Source of the DNA: Camelus dromedarius
Taxonomy: Eukaryota
DNA length: 64,000 nucleotides
Direction: 5' to 3'
Assembly: GCF_036321535.1 (NCBI RefSeq)
Contig: NC_087438.1
Location: 9,736,001-9,800,000, forward strand
Below are positions 50,331-63,030 of the stretch, in pieces (within the stretch, counting starts at the first letter, position 1; each line of letters starts with the position of its first letter). The notes below the pieces were generated by a model. It ran no database searches. It saw only the letters and a list, made by a program, of their open reading frames with translations, and was not told the DNA's origin. A program made the position numbers and the translations under genes.

Positions 50331-51879
50331 CTGTCAATTTGCATAAATATATTTTCCTCCTTAATTAACAACTATTGTTTGGCCATTTCTTGAAAAGTTA
50401 ACCTATGGGGCTACTCTCAAGCTTCTGTACTGTAGTCACCATATTTGACTGAGGGAAATACAGACACCAAAATAAGAGGAGAATTAATGGAGGAAAAAAT
50501 TGGTGGCAAAGAATGTAAAATTTGCTTTAAAAAAAATTACCAATATCCCCTTTACTATCTATTTATTTCCTAAAGTCAAATCATTTTTAAGTGACTTTTG
50601 TGATTATATTTACTCCTGTTTTGAAACTGAAATATATTTGAAGACAAGTATATGTGTCTCGGATTAAATACATTTACCCCTATTTGATTTCTGCTGTTGT
50701 TTGAATGTGATTATTTTCAACTTGCTTGTTGAAATAGTACCCAATTCTGTGACAAGCAAGTGTCCAAAAAGTTAGGCAAGCAAACTGTGCTGCTACTGCA
50801 GGTACATTTAAATTGAAAAATCATCTTGACCTGAAAAGATGCTGTTCTCACCAAGAGAAGTGAAGCTCTGACTCTTTCCTGCAAGACCTTTATGGATAAC
50901 TGGGGAGAGAATGGCTTTGGAAGATTATTGTCCTTACTGGCCACCTTTTTCACTTGGTAGTTTGGAGAGGGGGAGACAGTGAAAGAGAAGGAAAGAAACG
51001 ATGGGGTTGGTGAGGGTGGGGGAAGGAAGAAATGGCCATGACACTGAACAAGCCAAAGGCAGCAGGAAGCCCAGAGGCTGGGAGACAACAAAGAAAATAT
51101 GCTTCTGGCACCAAGTCAAATTGTGCATTCATGAGTCACATTGTTTTATGAGAGACTTGAAGCTCATAAAAGAATTAAAACAGGAAAAGGCAATGAGTAA
51201 ATAGTATTTAAAATTTTGAAGAGAAAGGTAGGCATTAGTGGGTAGATCCTATTGGGCAGCTACCCGCACACGTGGTACCAAGCTCACATGGCTAGAGTAA
51301 AGCTTCAGAAAGATAAATCTCAATCAGGTATTCTGGATATGGCTCAGCAGGTTTTGTAGATCCGACTCCCTACTGAGAAAACTAGAAATCTAAAGTTAAA
51401 TGCAGTGATGAATCATATGAAATAATATAAGACATAAGAGGACTACTCATTAATTGCAATGATTATTTACTTACTTTCTAACATAAGACATAATTTAATA
51501 GTTACACTCCAAGGATTTTGGAGTTCACTGACACATTCTCCAACTCTTAGCAGAATGCCTCATACGTAGTAGGCTCTCCATTAATATTGTGGAGTGAACG
51601 ATTAAAGGCTATACCCATTCTCAAACTGATAAACTGAAATATATGGTGAACTCAAAAATCTAGTCATGTCTTAATGCTGGAAATACAAATATGAAAATTC
51701 TCCCTTTGTAACTGAAAACCATGAAGTTAAAAATAAAGGTTGTGGTGACAAAATCGCATGAACACAAAGAGTATTGGCCTCTGTTTTAAAAGCCATTTAA
51801 TAAGCATTATTCCAACCAGTTAATAACCGTTGGTTGAACAGGTAAGGGAAGGAAAGTAAAGCAGTGGGAAGAGGGAGGA

Positions 51880-52010
51880 TTTTGACATCAGGAAGATATG
51901 TCTGAATCCTAACTCCCAGGACTTATTAGCTACACAAGTCTATAAGCCTCAGTTTCTTCATCTGCAAAGTGGACATAAAAACAGCTCAGAGAGTGATTGT
52001 GAGGATATCA
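51880..52010 (+). mobile_element. MIR SINE relic
   Basis: aagcctcagtttcttcatctgcaaagtgg...gattgtgaggat. Confidence 0.65.
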
Positions 52011-55000
52011 CTAGCCAAGCAGCTGAAACCAGTGACTGGATCATGATAGCTGCTCAGAATACATCTCTTCATCCCCTCCCTTGATTCGTTTCCAGCATGT
52101 ATTTTCAGATGTATTACAATATTTATTTGGAAATGAGTAGTTTGAAAAATAAAATTATAAGTTGGCACAAAATAAATCATACTTTAGAATTTCACATATC
52201 ATCATAAAAGCACAATGAAGTAGCTGAAAAGGGATTTTTAAAAAAGGAGAACCTTCTAATCTTGCACATGCTTTCATGTCTGCTGGAAACAAGACCATGG
52301 GCTGTCAAATCCCAAAACTGCACCAAGTCTTATTGAGCCTTCCAACATAATCATCTTTCTTCTCTCCATTTGTTCCAATTACACAGCAATTGCCCTAATG
52401 TTGTCTTTAATTACTTCTTTAATCATAACTGGTCTCCCCGCAGACCCTTTGCTCTGCCATCACCCCCTTTTCTGCTCCCAGTCACTGAGGGATCTCCCTT
52501 AACTATTTGGAAAGGTCTAAAATTTTCAACATAGTTTGTAAAACCTGTTACAACCTGTATTTCCAATCTCATCTCTCGCTGAGAGCTATGGGACTGAGAC
52601 TAAAATCGTGCCTCCACGTTGCTTATGAAAACCATTATTAGTAAAATGAACAGTTATCAGTGATGCATACAATAAGGTGCAAATTATTCCATTTCTGATT
52701 TTAAAGATAATAAGTAAAAGCTTGAATATTATTGAGATGATTGTGGTCAATTTAATATCATTGTTAACAACACTAATTAAATAAAACTTTCAATAAATGT
52801 AACGCGTATATTCCCAAAGGATTAAAATAAGGCTAAGAAGTAAATTTCCCCCATAGTTTGAAACTGATGAAATAATATACTCTAAAGTAAATACTACAAC
52901 TTAAGATAATATTTTGGATTATGAAAACAAACTATTAAATAGTACACCAGCAGCCAGACCCTAGAATAGGACAACAGTTACGGGACAAAGAAAGTGATCT
53001 CTGAAAGAAAACAGAAAAATTGCTATTTGCTTTTTATTTGAGATTTTAAAATGGAAAACCTAGTTTGGAGTAAAGTTTTCGGCATATTTTCATTTGTATA
53101 ACTGATTTAAACACATTTCTGTTGAATTACAACTTTAGCTCCATAATATATAGGATCATTCTTTTCTAAATTAATATTAAGAAATTAAGAGACAAAATTA
53201 ATCAAAATAACTTTGTCTATAAGCATTTTGCCCACAAAAGGGAGTATCTCAATACACACACACACACAGAACAGTAAACATTTGTGCTATGGATTGTATA
53301 TACTAAGGCTAAAACATAAAAATTTTACAGAACTGTGATAATGTGCAAAGTATCGCCGAACTGAGTAAGAAAATGCAGCAGTGATTCCATAAAATTTCAT
53401 GAAATGTACTACTAATTAATTAAATGATCAAAATTAAGTGGCTCATGAAGGTACAAACAAAAACTAAAATTCTTTGTGCACATAAACTTCATCATTTTTA
53501 AAGCAGATGACAGCCTTCCAGAGCTCTCATTTTAAAATTATCAGCCAGGCTTTCATTCCTGAAGATTCTTTCTCTTCTTTACCTTAATTAAAATAGAAAG
53601 ATTAAACAACAAAACTCAGAAACATTTTTTTTTCCTCCACCACCAGTGAGCCGGTGATAACAATGCCTGTTTGGTGTCTTACTAAATTACTTCCCATGTC
53701 AGTTCCACCGAGTACAGGTCCTTCCAGCTCCAAAGGAAATAAATCACACATCTGTTCACTCAACCAAAATTCTGAACAATGATGAGACTTGAGGCCTTGT
53801 ATTCTGTGACCAGTAGCTATTAGTCAATATTAGTATTTTTTCCCTAATAGTACATAGCTCTCTTTGAGATTCTGTCTTGTTCTCTAGGATCAAAGTGAGA
53901 GTGACCCTAAGAGACTGGGTTTCTTTAAAGGAAAGTTTCTGAAGGGCCACTGGTTTGCTGCCTGTTTAAAACGGTCTCACCACACACCCTTCGGGTGACA
54001 ACAGCAGGCTGTCTAAATCTACTCCCAGGTACATCAAGTCAACAACTGAATATGACCTTGATGTGAACTTGGCAACAGCCCAGGCATTTAAAATGACTGC
54101 CTTGAAGCACACAGAAAAGTACAAAGCCAGCTGAAGATCTGCCGTCCTTGCATTCGTATGCTCTGAGGTTTCCATTTGTTTCTGAAGCAAACAAATCGGA
54201 GGGTCCAGCAGGCTGTACAGCTGAGCATTCATGAGACCAGATCCTGTGTGACAAGGAGGCTCCTCACTGCCTGGATTCCCAGGACACTGGGCGGCTGGTG
54301 AATTTATGAACTCCAGAGGAGAGCAGCCTTTCCCTTGCATCCTAATTTACTGTTCTAAGCCGCCTTTCACCAGAAGAATCAACAGAGCAGTGAAGGCGTA
54401 ACTCATCCTGACAGGATGTTCACCACTTACGTCAGCCCCACTTTTGGGGAGTTTCTTAGATGCTTTCCAATATCAGCCTCCCATCTGTGGGTTCTTCCTA
54501 GCTTCCAATAGCCCCGACTTCACCCAATGACATTTTATGTTGATAGTTTATATTTACAGTCACCTAAGAAGTAATCACGGTCAGAGAGACTGCATTGTCA
54601 CTGAAGTCAAGGGGACAATTTGGACTTAAAAAAAAAATTTGTTTCCATATCTGAGTCCATAGGCAAAGACATAGGCTCTTTCCAACCAAGTCACCAGATG
54701 ATCAGAAATGCCCTGAAAGCACCAGAGATCAACTCAGACTCACTTGCCACCACCCAGGCTGAAAAGATTCCTCACTGTGGGCTGATTCGGGAGTATGGTG
54801 GGCAGAACAGATGCTCCAAAACAGAAAATCTGCTGGCAGGAAGAATACTACGTAAAACCATCAAACTGACATCCAGCAGCTCACCTTTTGCGTGAGTCTT
54901 TGATTCGGAGAAAAGAAAATGCAGGTTACATGTTGTATTATAACACGATTTCGGGCAGGATGACCCTCTGTTACTCTAAGAGAGTATCATGTCACTCTGC

Positions 55001-56693
55001 CCACACTTTGCTAAGAATTATTTACTGTGAGTCTGGAATGAAGTCTGATAATAAAACGATGGTAATTTTAAAATTTCTCAAGACACTCAAGTTTGCTAGG
55101 ATATTAAAAAAAAAAGGTCTGGCCTGGGATCCACACTGGCTTTTCAAGGCTGTTCAAAATCTTTTCAAAGGAGCTCAGAGAGCTCCTCAGTCCATCTTTA
55201 ACCTCTGCTGCAACAGTTACGGCTCAGTCCCGGACCTGTTGTTTTGTTTTGTGGCAACCAAAACTCTGGGAGGCCAAATTATTTTTTCCAAAGAGACTGT
55301 ATTCATCTCAGCTGAACAGAAAGAAAACCAAGGGCAAGGATATTATTCAAACTGCCATCAAAGTCCCTTATCTCCCTGAAGCCACCACCAGAGGGAAAGC
55401 AGAGCCTGAGAGATGAGGGATGGACGCTGCCCCGAAGATTCTGAGGGATTCCCCATCTTACCATGACTTGCTGTTGATCAAGAATCCCAGTCCTTCCTGA
55501 AGAAAGGGTGTGGCAGGGCTAAACTTCCTCAACCACCTCGACTGACCCTCCAAAAACAAACCAGCACATATCTGGAAGGCTGGGACTACTTCGATAGCCA
55601 GTCTGTGGTGGGAACTCCAGCATCCGTCCCTGCCACACTGAGGTCACCAACCATGTGAATTTATGAAGCTGGATTAAATACTCTTAGTCAACTTCCAAGT
55701 GTATAACTCTGTGATTTATGTACAATAAATTTAAAAATAAAAAGAGATGATTCAAAAAAGGAAGAGGGGAAGGAGAGAGAGAGAAAGAAACATAAGGAAG
55801 AGCTCAGAAAAGCAAGCACGGTATGACCTACAGAAAAGGTAACAACACTGGGAGGGACAGAGTCCAAAGATTTGGGCCAGTAGTTTTAACCTAAATAAAT
55901 CTCTAGGTCAGTGTAGAAGGGGGGCATAAAGTAAAGTAACCTCCTCATTGCTATTGAGCCCAGGAAAAAAAATCAATAGCCACTCAGAGTTCATGCAGTA
56001 TCCCCAAAGCAGTTCTATTAAAATCCTCTAGATTTTTTTCCTTAAGACTCAAATGTTCCCTAGAGAGATGCTGACTTAGAACAAGGAAGTTTATAAATTA
56101 TTGGACATTTTTCAGGGAGAGAAAACAGACATGGAGTTATGCTTAGAGCATAATTAAGCCAGTAGCTTCCACAAGTGCAGAGTGAAATCTGGCTTCACAA
56201 GCTTCCTGCACAGAGCTCTCTCTGAGATAACAAATCAGAATTGGCAATGCTGTGTCACCTGAGTACAATGTTTTAAGTTGTCATTTTTATATTCCAAAAG
56301 CATAGTAATGAATCAAACGAAAGAAAAACCTAACCGTGTGCTAGAAAGCTAAAAGTCAACAGGTGACTAGAGCTACTAATAGAACAAACTTCAGAAAAAT
56401 AAAGTAATATAAAACCAGAACAATGAAGCTGAAAATGAGAATAATAGTGTCAGAGTTACATCATTCCTCTATATAAAACCAATTAATGATTTATGTGATT
56501 TATGAGATGCAGATGAAACCTACTGGGTAGATAATTGGTTAGTGGTTATCCAAGACACTTGGAAATATATAATGGAAAAAATATAGGAATTAAAGGGGAG
56601 AACTCAATCCTGTTACCACCTTTACTATATTATTTTCATCAGTGAAAGAATCACAACACGATGCAGAAAAGGGGGTGGCCATACTTCACTCAC

Positions 56694-56876
56694 CTGCTTC
56701 TCCGTGAGAATGACTCTCCCCAGTAACTGGTCTTCCAGACCTTTCATGGTGACAGTGAAGTCGATGATGGACGTTCGTGCACTTATTTCAGGGGTGTAGG
56801 CTGGATTAGGCAACTTGGTGGTGATGTAGAGTCTGAAGCCATCCATCACATCTACCTCTTTGTCACTGACTTTCAC
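56694..56876 (-). CDS. DNAH5: DNAH5 coding exon (~exon 65), 183 bp, AAA5
   Basis: [61 protein letters not shown]; acceptor cacaaaaaag, donor GTGAGT. Confidence 0.96.
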
Positions 56877-57117
56877 CTTTTTTGTGAAAAAGAAAGTTAA
56901 AAGTAATAAAATAGAGATATCTCACCAAGTCCTTTCTGTATAGGATCCAGTATTCCTTTAAACGGCTATGTACCTGGAGATCATTTGTATACTAAAGAAG
57001 AAATGGTCATTAGGCATTCACAGGGCTTCAAGCCACGAGGACAGAAGGAAGGGAGGAAGCTCAATATACACCATACAATCAAGATAGAACTTACCACCAA
57101 AATTGCAATGATCATAT

Positions 57118-57514
57118 TGCAGAGTGAGATGGATACCCCACCCATAACTTGGTTCAGAAGTCAAGACTGATGATGTCACACACGCATCAAGAGAGAACGA
57201 AAAGGTTTATTACTCACAGGAGCTTCTCGGGGGATATTAGGTCCTAAGCAGCTCTGAAAAATTGCTTGAGAGAGTACAGAAGGGCAGCTATTTTAGGTTT
57301 TTAACGGTGGTTAGTGGATTGGGCTGGGATGAGGATTCCCACACATGGGCGTGAACAGGGGTTGCATGGTTTGAATTTCCCACAAGTATCAAAGGAGAAA
57401 GGATCCAGGTTTTCTTATCATCTTGCCAAGACTGGGGATGGAGGGGAGAGGGGCATGATGAGGCTTGAAAACTGCCCGTGGTCAAACATCAAAATGGAGT
57501 CAGACTTTATTACA
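57118..57514 (-). mobile_element. Old solo LTR (MER76-like by recollection)
   Basis: Minus strand begins TGTAATAAAGTCTGACTCCATTTTGATGTTTGAC, has AATAAA at 57206-57211 and ends near ...CTCTGCA. Confidence 0.6.
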
Positions 57515-57713
57515 CAAGTGAAGTAGACATTTCTAAAAGGACAACTGTTGAAGTCTTTAATCCCAACTCAGGAAGTGTGGAAGAGAAAAGCAAATGCCTC
57601 TTGCCACTGACTCAGATTTGAGTTGCTGCCTGTTGAGAAGCCGTCATCTGTGCCACATTTAGCTGGTCCCAGGGTAATCACTCTGCACGTTGTTCTCTAC
57701 TGGCTTAACCTAC

Positions 57714-57869
57714 CTTAAAGGTGGACCCAGTCTTAATGAAGTTTCTCTCCAAAACATTATCCAGGGCTGGATCTAGTTCCTCCCCAACATCTTCAATAAG
57801 CAAGGGCCTTCCAAGAGAAAGACTGTCTTCCAGGTGGTTTCTGAAGTACTTGTGATTTAGAGATGTGAC
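57714..57869 (-). CDS. DNAH5: DNAH5 coding exon (~exon 64), 156 bp, AAA5
   Basis: [52 protein letters not shown]; acceptor ttctag, donor GTAGGT. Confidence 0.96.
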
Positions 57870-58455
57870 CTAGAAATAGGACCAAAGAGGTGCTCTTGAC
57901 AGACAGGATCACAAGACAACTGACAGAAAATGGTGCCTTAGCATTCTACACCAGGAGACAAATACTGAGATTTTCAGAGAACCTTACTTGGAACCATACT
58001 TGGTGAAATGGTACAGAAAGCGTAAACTGTTTGCATTCTCTCCCTTGGCGAACCATCACTCCCTCTAACAGGGAAGCACATAAAGGCTCTAGGTGGCAAC
58101 ACTGCCTTTTCCTCACCAACACCACGCTTGTGACAAACAATAATGGAATAATGAATGGTGAATTGTCCTTATAAAGTGCTGCTCACTTGGGGTGATACAA
58201 CCCTGCTCTGGTCTGTTTATCAAGGAGATCCTCAGGTCCTAACTGGAGTCTGAAACCTTTAAAAGATGGCATTAGGAAAGACCAACACAAATGCAAATGA
58301 TTCAATTTTTTTAGAAATTGTTTCCAAACATTAATATCTAGATAGTAACATTTAAGATTCTTTCTAAATATCAAATATTTCCTTATCCTCAGATACTCAT
58401 TGATCTGGGGCACTAAAATGGATTAGTAACATAAATATACTCCAACACAGATTAC

Positions 58456-58772
58456 CTGGAGTTCATTTCGGCTTTCTTTATTTTTAATCCAGATCTTGCC
58501 TTGAGTCTGTGGATCGATTAACAAAGGATAGCGAGATGCCTTTGTGACAATAATCCCATTCTGAATGGACAGGTCATCGTTTGGCAGGCCTTGGAGGTTC
58601 CATTCGCTAATTGTAGGAGCATCAATCAACATCTCGTTGAGATTTAGATTATCTCCAAATGGAATTTCGCGGGCTTTCATTTCCTTCTGCCAGTCGTTTA
58701 ACAGCAGATTGCGAAATTCTTGGTTAAATGGACCAGAATAAGATAGAAAAGCTGTAGCCAACAACACATCCC
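58456..58772 (-). CDS. DNAH5: DNAH5 coding exon (~exon 63), 317 bp, start of AAA5
   Basis: (G)[20 protein letters not shown]...[49 protein letters not shown], containing the dynein AAA5 PLLIDPQ motif; acceptor tcttag, donor GTAATC. Confidence 0.97.
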
Positions 58773-59269
58773 CTAAGACGGAAAACAAAACACCACTGAA
58801 ATACTTTTTACTCAGCCTTGTCATTGTGCAGAGTATTAAAAATGAAAAAAAAAAAGACAACTATTCTTTCAAACTAAATTTCAGAAACCAAATTGTAACC
58901 ACACGTGGCTGTGTCGCAAATAAGCCGTAGTTCAGTTCACTGTTAAACAGACTGCAAACTGTCCGCCGAGTAATAGCTGCTAGCACATAAGCACTGGATT
59001 ATTTTGACTCTTGCGGGATGTGAGGGGGTGACTTCCAAGTTTAAGGGATGCAAAGCCTCAGAAGACAGAGCCTTCATTCAAAGCGACCTTAATCAACATG
59101 ACCATTCACTCCTAGGAGAATTCAAAAGTGACCTGATGAGAGCTTTCAAGGTCATTAACACATCTAACAAGAGTTGCCGAGATGCCAGACCAACACTCGC
59201 CCTGCTGAAATAGCTGGACACACGCACACAGAGGAATCTGAAATAATCGAGTCTTGGTTTGATTGCTAA

Positions 59270-59767
59270 TGTCGACTGAAACAAACGCACAACCAAAAAG
59301 TTGAGAGTTATGTTTTATTCGGCGGACGTTTCTGAGGATTCAAACCCCTTCAAGCCTGGGATGACAGCCTCTCAGGTCGCTCTGAGGGACTGTTCAGAAG
59401 AGGTAGGGGAGGAGCTAGGATATACAGGAGCTTTACCACAAAGACCAGGGAGTCAGAACATTAAAAGATTACTTGTTAACTGAAGAAAACCAGGCATCTC
59501 AAGTTACAGAATTTAGTGCCTTTCTATGTATGGGAGGGAGAAAACATTTGGGCTCATTGAATTCATTCCTTTGACAAGCACCTAGCTATCTAGGGCCAGT
59601 GTCCTGTCCTTTCTTATTCTGAGTCCCCTCAGGGTGCACCATTGTGAGTGGCTGCAGGGGCCGGGCTGCAGGCTTGTCTTCACAAGGGGGTGGAGGCACC
59701 CGCTGATGACTTAATGGCTTCAGCATCCTTTGTTTACTGATATAGTTGGCAGTATTTTTCGTTCACA
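59270..59767 (-). mobile_element. ERV1-type 3' LTR (MER41-like lineage), 498 bp
   Basis: Minus strand TGTGAAC...GTCGACA termini; AATAAA at 59314-59319; TATA-like CTGTATATCC near 59420; immediately preceded by the purine-rich tract CCAAGGGGGAGCAC (59768-59781). Confidence 0.85.
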
Positions 59768-60500
59768 GTGCTCCCCCTTGGTCCTAAATTCGACCATATT
59801 TTGGGAGACATATCACGACCAATTTTATCCCAAGGTGCTGGGAAGGCTCACTCCTAGATCAGACAGAAGATTCTGCTGACGTGCCTCTCAAAAGTGTTAA
59901 CAGGGATCAGGCCCTGTTGATACTCAGAAATTCTCTGGATCATCTGTCTTACTCATCTATCATGATCCAGGAAAACAGTCCCCCTTGTTGCTTCTTTCCA
60001 TATCTAGAGTCGCACTACCACAATCATTGGTCTCATTCAGAAGTATATACCTGATCTACTGTTTCAAGTTGCCTCGTCATTATTTTATCAGAGACTCAGT
60101 CATGCATTTGATAATGCAAGAAACAACGATTTTGTAAAACAGGCAAAATACAAATAATGCAGTTAGCAGTGTTAGTAAGGTCATAAGTAAGAATTAAAGC
60201 CAAAAACTTCCACTAGGTGCAGCTCAGTGTATCCCCAGGTCATCTGACTTAGTCTGTTCTGTACCAACCCTTACCTTTAAGGAAGATGTTACACAGACAT
60301 TGTTCATAAGACACACAGCCAAATTCTAGTGTTATTAGGTTGGTTATCTTTAGTATAGTTCAATTTTTTTTCCAACATTAAGAGCCTTTAAACGTAAATG
60401 TCCATACCCTGGTGTTAACCATATAAGTCCTTTCTATAATTGAGGGAGGTTATATTCTTTGGCTGAAATTTTGCTTGTTGCCTTGATTGAGCTTGAGTGA
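59768..60500 (-). mobile_element. ERV internal remnant (PPT plus degenerate env-region sequence), 5'-truncated
   Basis: Contiguous with the PPT and LTR; no second LTR before exon 62; upstream boundary approximate. Confidence 0.6.
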
Positions 60501-60634
60501 TTCTTATAAGAAAATTCGTATTTACAGCCAGGCTCAGAGCAGGTATTATTAATTGGCCAGATGATTAAAGCTTAAGTTTGTTCACTCCCTCTCACAGTCA
60601 ACACAAGATCTCATTCATAAAGGAATCTACATAC

Positions 60635-60770
60635 CTACAAGTCTTTTGGTTTGTGCAGCAAACTCTTTACTTTGCTCCGTCCACCTTTCTTTTTCTCCTG
60701 CCAACCCCCCAATCAGTGCAGAAGCCGCCTGCATCTTATGTCTGCACCTCTCTGCATCTTCAAGCAAGGT
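60635..60770 (-). CDS. DNAH5: DNAH5 coding exon (~exon 62), 136 bp, end of stalk
   Basis: Not called in frame by the ORF track; manual translation [45 protein letters not shown](G); acceptor tttttag, donor GTATGT; phase 0/1. Confidence 0.96.
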
Positions 60771-61479
60771 CTAAAAACAGCCAGAAGCAGAAGAAAACTT
60801 TGTTCAGATAAATATAGCGTCAGGCTAAAAAACCATAATTTTAAAACATTAGATGTTATCTGCCTTTCTAAGACATGGGAGCCATTTATTTCACAGGAAG
60901 CATCCGATTCCATTTCCATGTGTCAGCTCAGCTTGTCTCTTACGCCCTGTCTATGGAACATGGATGGATTCCTCATGAGGGGCCCTCTGCCCTTGGGCAG
61001 ACCCTCCCCAGATGTTAATAAACTGAGAAGTAATGGAAATTTGCATCATTTATGACTTCCCTGCCAAGAAAAATTAGAAATAAAATACAAGCATACGTAC
61101 TGATACCATATAGCACAAAAGAATGAAAAGGAATCCACATTCCGACTTTAAAATGAGGCATATTTCTCCTGTTAAAGTTCTAGCATCATTATTGCTTTGT
61201 CTAACGCCACATCTCCTTTCACTTCAGGTGAAACTTCAGATTTTCTTCAGGTTGTGAATCCTGAAGTTCATTCACAAATTCCAGCCACGCTGACTCAGCA
61301 GGTCCCTCCCTGCTGTTCCCCCTGTCAATAAAAGCCTTTAACCCGACCTCCACACACCACTGACCTTGGAGTTTTGTTCTTAAAAACAAATGGTTCTATT
61401 TCTCTATGTTTAAGAGACAGCTACTAAGTCTACTTGTAAAAATGCATACTTATGAAGTTATAATGGATATGGATAAAGT

Positions 61480-61870
61480 GACTCTGGGACCAGCCACTGG
61501 AAATTCATGTATAATATTTATATATATTCATGTAATATTTTACATATATAGCATGCATATGATAAATGTCTAATAACGGAGGATTATTTACATAGGTTAT
61601 GGTATATTGTGAACGAGAATACTCTGAAGCCATTAAAAATATCTTATAGAAATGTTTATAATGAAGAAAAAAATCCTTAAATTAAAAATTCAATTTATAA
61701 AGCAGTATGCACTGAATTATCTGTCAGAGTTTTACATGGACTTTTAATATATGGAAAGCAGGCAGGTGTGCAGATATGAAATGAAAAAGAGCAAAATATT
61801 TTTAGTCTTCATCTCCAGGGTTACTTATGTGTATTTTCTATAAGGGACATGAACTGCGTTTGTAATAACA
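61480..61870 (+). mobile_element. Ancient L1ME-like fragment
   Basis: aaatgtctaataacggaggatt...ttatggtatatt...aatactctgaagccattaaaaat. Confidence 0.5.
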
Positions 61871-62741
61871 ACACAAGGCAGTGTTTTTCAGAAGCAAGAT
61901 ACTTGTTCCGGTTTGTTCTAGTCTATCTACTCTGTTCTCTGTCCCACTAGACTTAATGCAGAAAACCCGAAAGCCCAGCTGAAAAGTGCACGTGCACACC
62001 TACACCAGCCATGTTTGTTTGCTTGCTTCTCCCCAAGAAGGAAGAGGCCAGTTGGGAACAATGAGACCACATCGCTTATTTCTGCCTACCTTTAAAACAA
62101 ATTTTTCATCTGAAAGATACTTTTAATATTAAGTTATTTCCCCTAAATTCTGCATCCCCACTCCCATGTGGCCAAATGAAAAAATGGCCAGCTCCTCCCC
62201 TCCTGGCTTTTGCTTTTGGGAATCTCCCTTTGGGGGACTGGGAAATGGGAGGGAAAGGAACAAAGGTCTGAAAGCACAGGAAAGACATGCAGACTTTCCC
62301 TCCGAGCCTGGCTGGAGGAGTGTGCAGAAATCCTTGGTTTCTGTGAATAGGGCTCCAGCCCTCTCTCTCCTAGCATCCCAGAGGGTGACTAGCTGTCCAG
62401 AGTCCCTAAGGAAGTGGGCCCCACCCAAAGGCACTGCCCTGTGCACAGAGCAGCAAGACACACACTCCTCTGAGAACTGCACATGCCTGGGTGGTGAGGT
62501 GACCAGTGATGACTATGCACTATAGACTCGAGACCCTTCCCCTGCCACCCTGTATTCCATAAGCTGCTGGACTCTCCTGGAGCCTCATGGAGGGGGAAGA
62601 AGCAACCAAAGGACGAAAGGTCAAGTTCACTCCAACACATTGGGGGCAGGAGGGTGCACAGCCAGATTTTGTTTTCTTAATGAAAAATACGTGACATTTG
62701 TTGGGCGTGGGACAGTCCCTCTGGTGCCGGAGGACAGCCAC

Positions 62742-62879
62742 CTGCTTTTCGGTCATGGCCTGCTCATACTCGGCCTGCACCACATCCAGCTCTGCTTGCT
62801 TGTCGTCCAGCTCGGCCTGGGCCTTCTGCAGATCCTGCATGGCCAGCAAGTAGCGATTCTCCTGCACCACCAGGTTGGC
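62742..62879 (-). CDS. DNAH5: DNAH5 coding exon (~exon 61), 138 bp, stalk coiled-coil CC2
   Basis: Translates [46 protein letters not shown]; acceptor gtgcag, donor GTGGCT; phase 0/0. The gene continues upstream beyond the window. Confidence 0.96.
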
Positions 62880-63030
62880 CTGCACGGGACACACACAAGG
62901 TGAAGGGATGGGCAACAGACCAAACATCGGCAGGTTAGAGTCTGAGAACTCAGCAAGGTCACGTGTTATACCTTTCCTCTGCTCCACCCCTGGAGTCTTC
63001 CCCAATTGCATTAAGTCAAGACCAAATCTT

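Noticed and set aside
54620..55379. Plus-strand 91-aa and 163-aa ORFs
   Set aside because: Non-ATG starts, no recognisable domain, no splice or poly(A) context; consistent with chance intronic ORFs, like most other short ORFs in the track.
59040..59165. Possible CR1/L3 relic or small coding ORF
   Set aside because: Only two short phrases resemble CR1; too weak to call without an HMM search, and the ORFs show no protein similarity.
59270..59767. Interferon-inducible STAT1 (GAS) enhancer as described for some MER41 LTRs
   Set aside because: I found no TTCnnnGAA motif in this LTR copy.
16755..62879. DNAH5 pseudogene or missing exons (several exons are absent from the ORF track)
   Set aside because: Manual reading recovered all 19 exons with GT-AG boundaries and matching phases; 3594 nt is divisible by 3 and ends in TAA.
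16755..62879. Paralogue DNAH8 rather than DNAH5
   Set aside because: The peptides and the C-terminus (...[14 protein letters not shown]) match my recollection of DNAH5 nearly residue for residue; a BLASTP would settle it.
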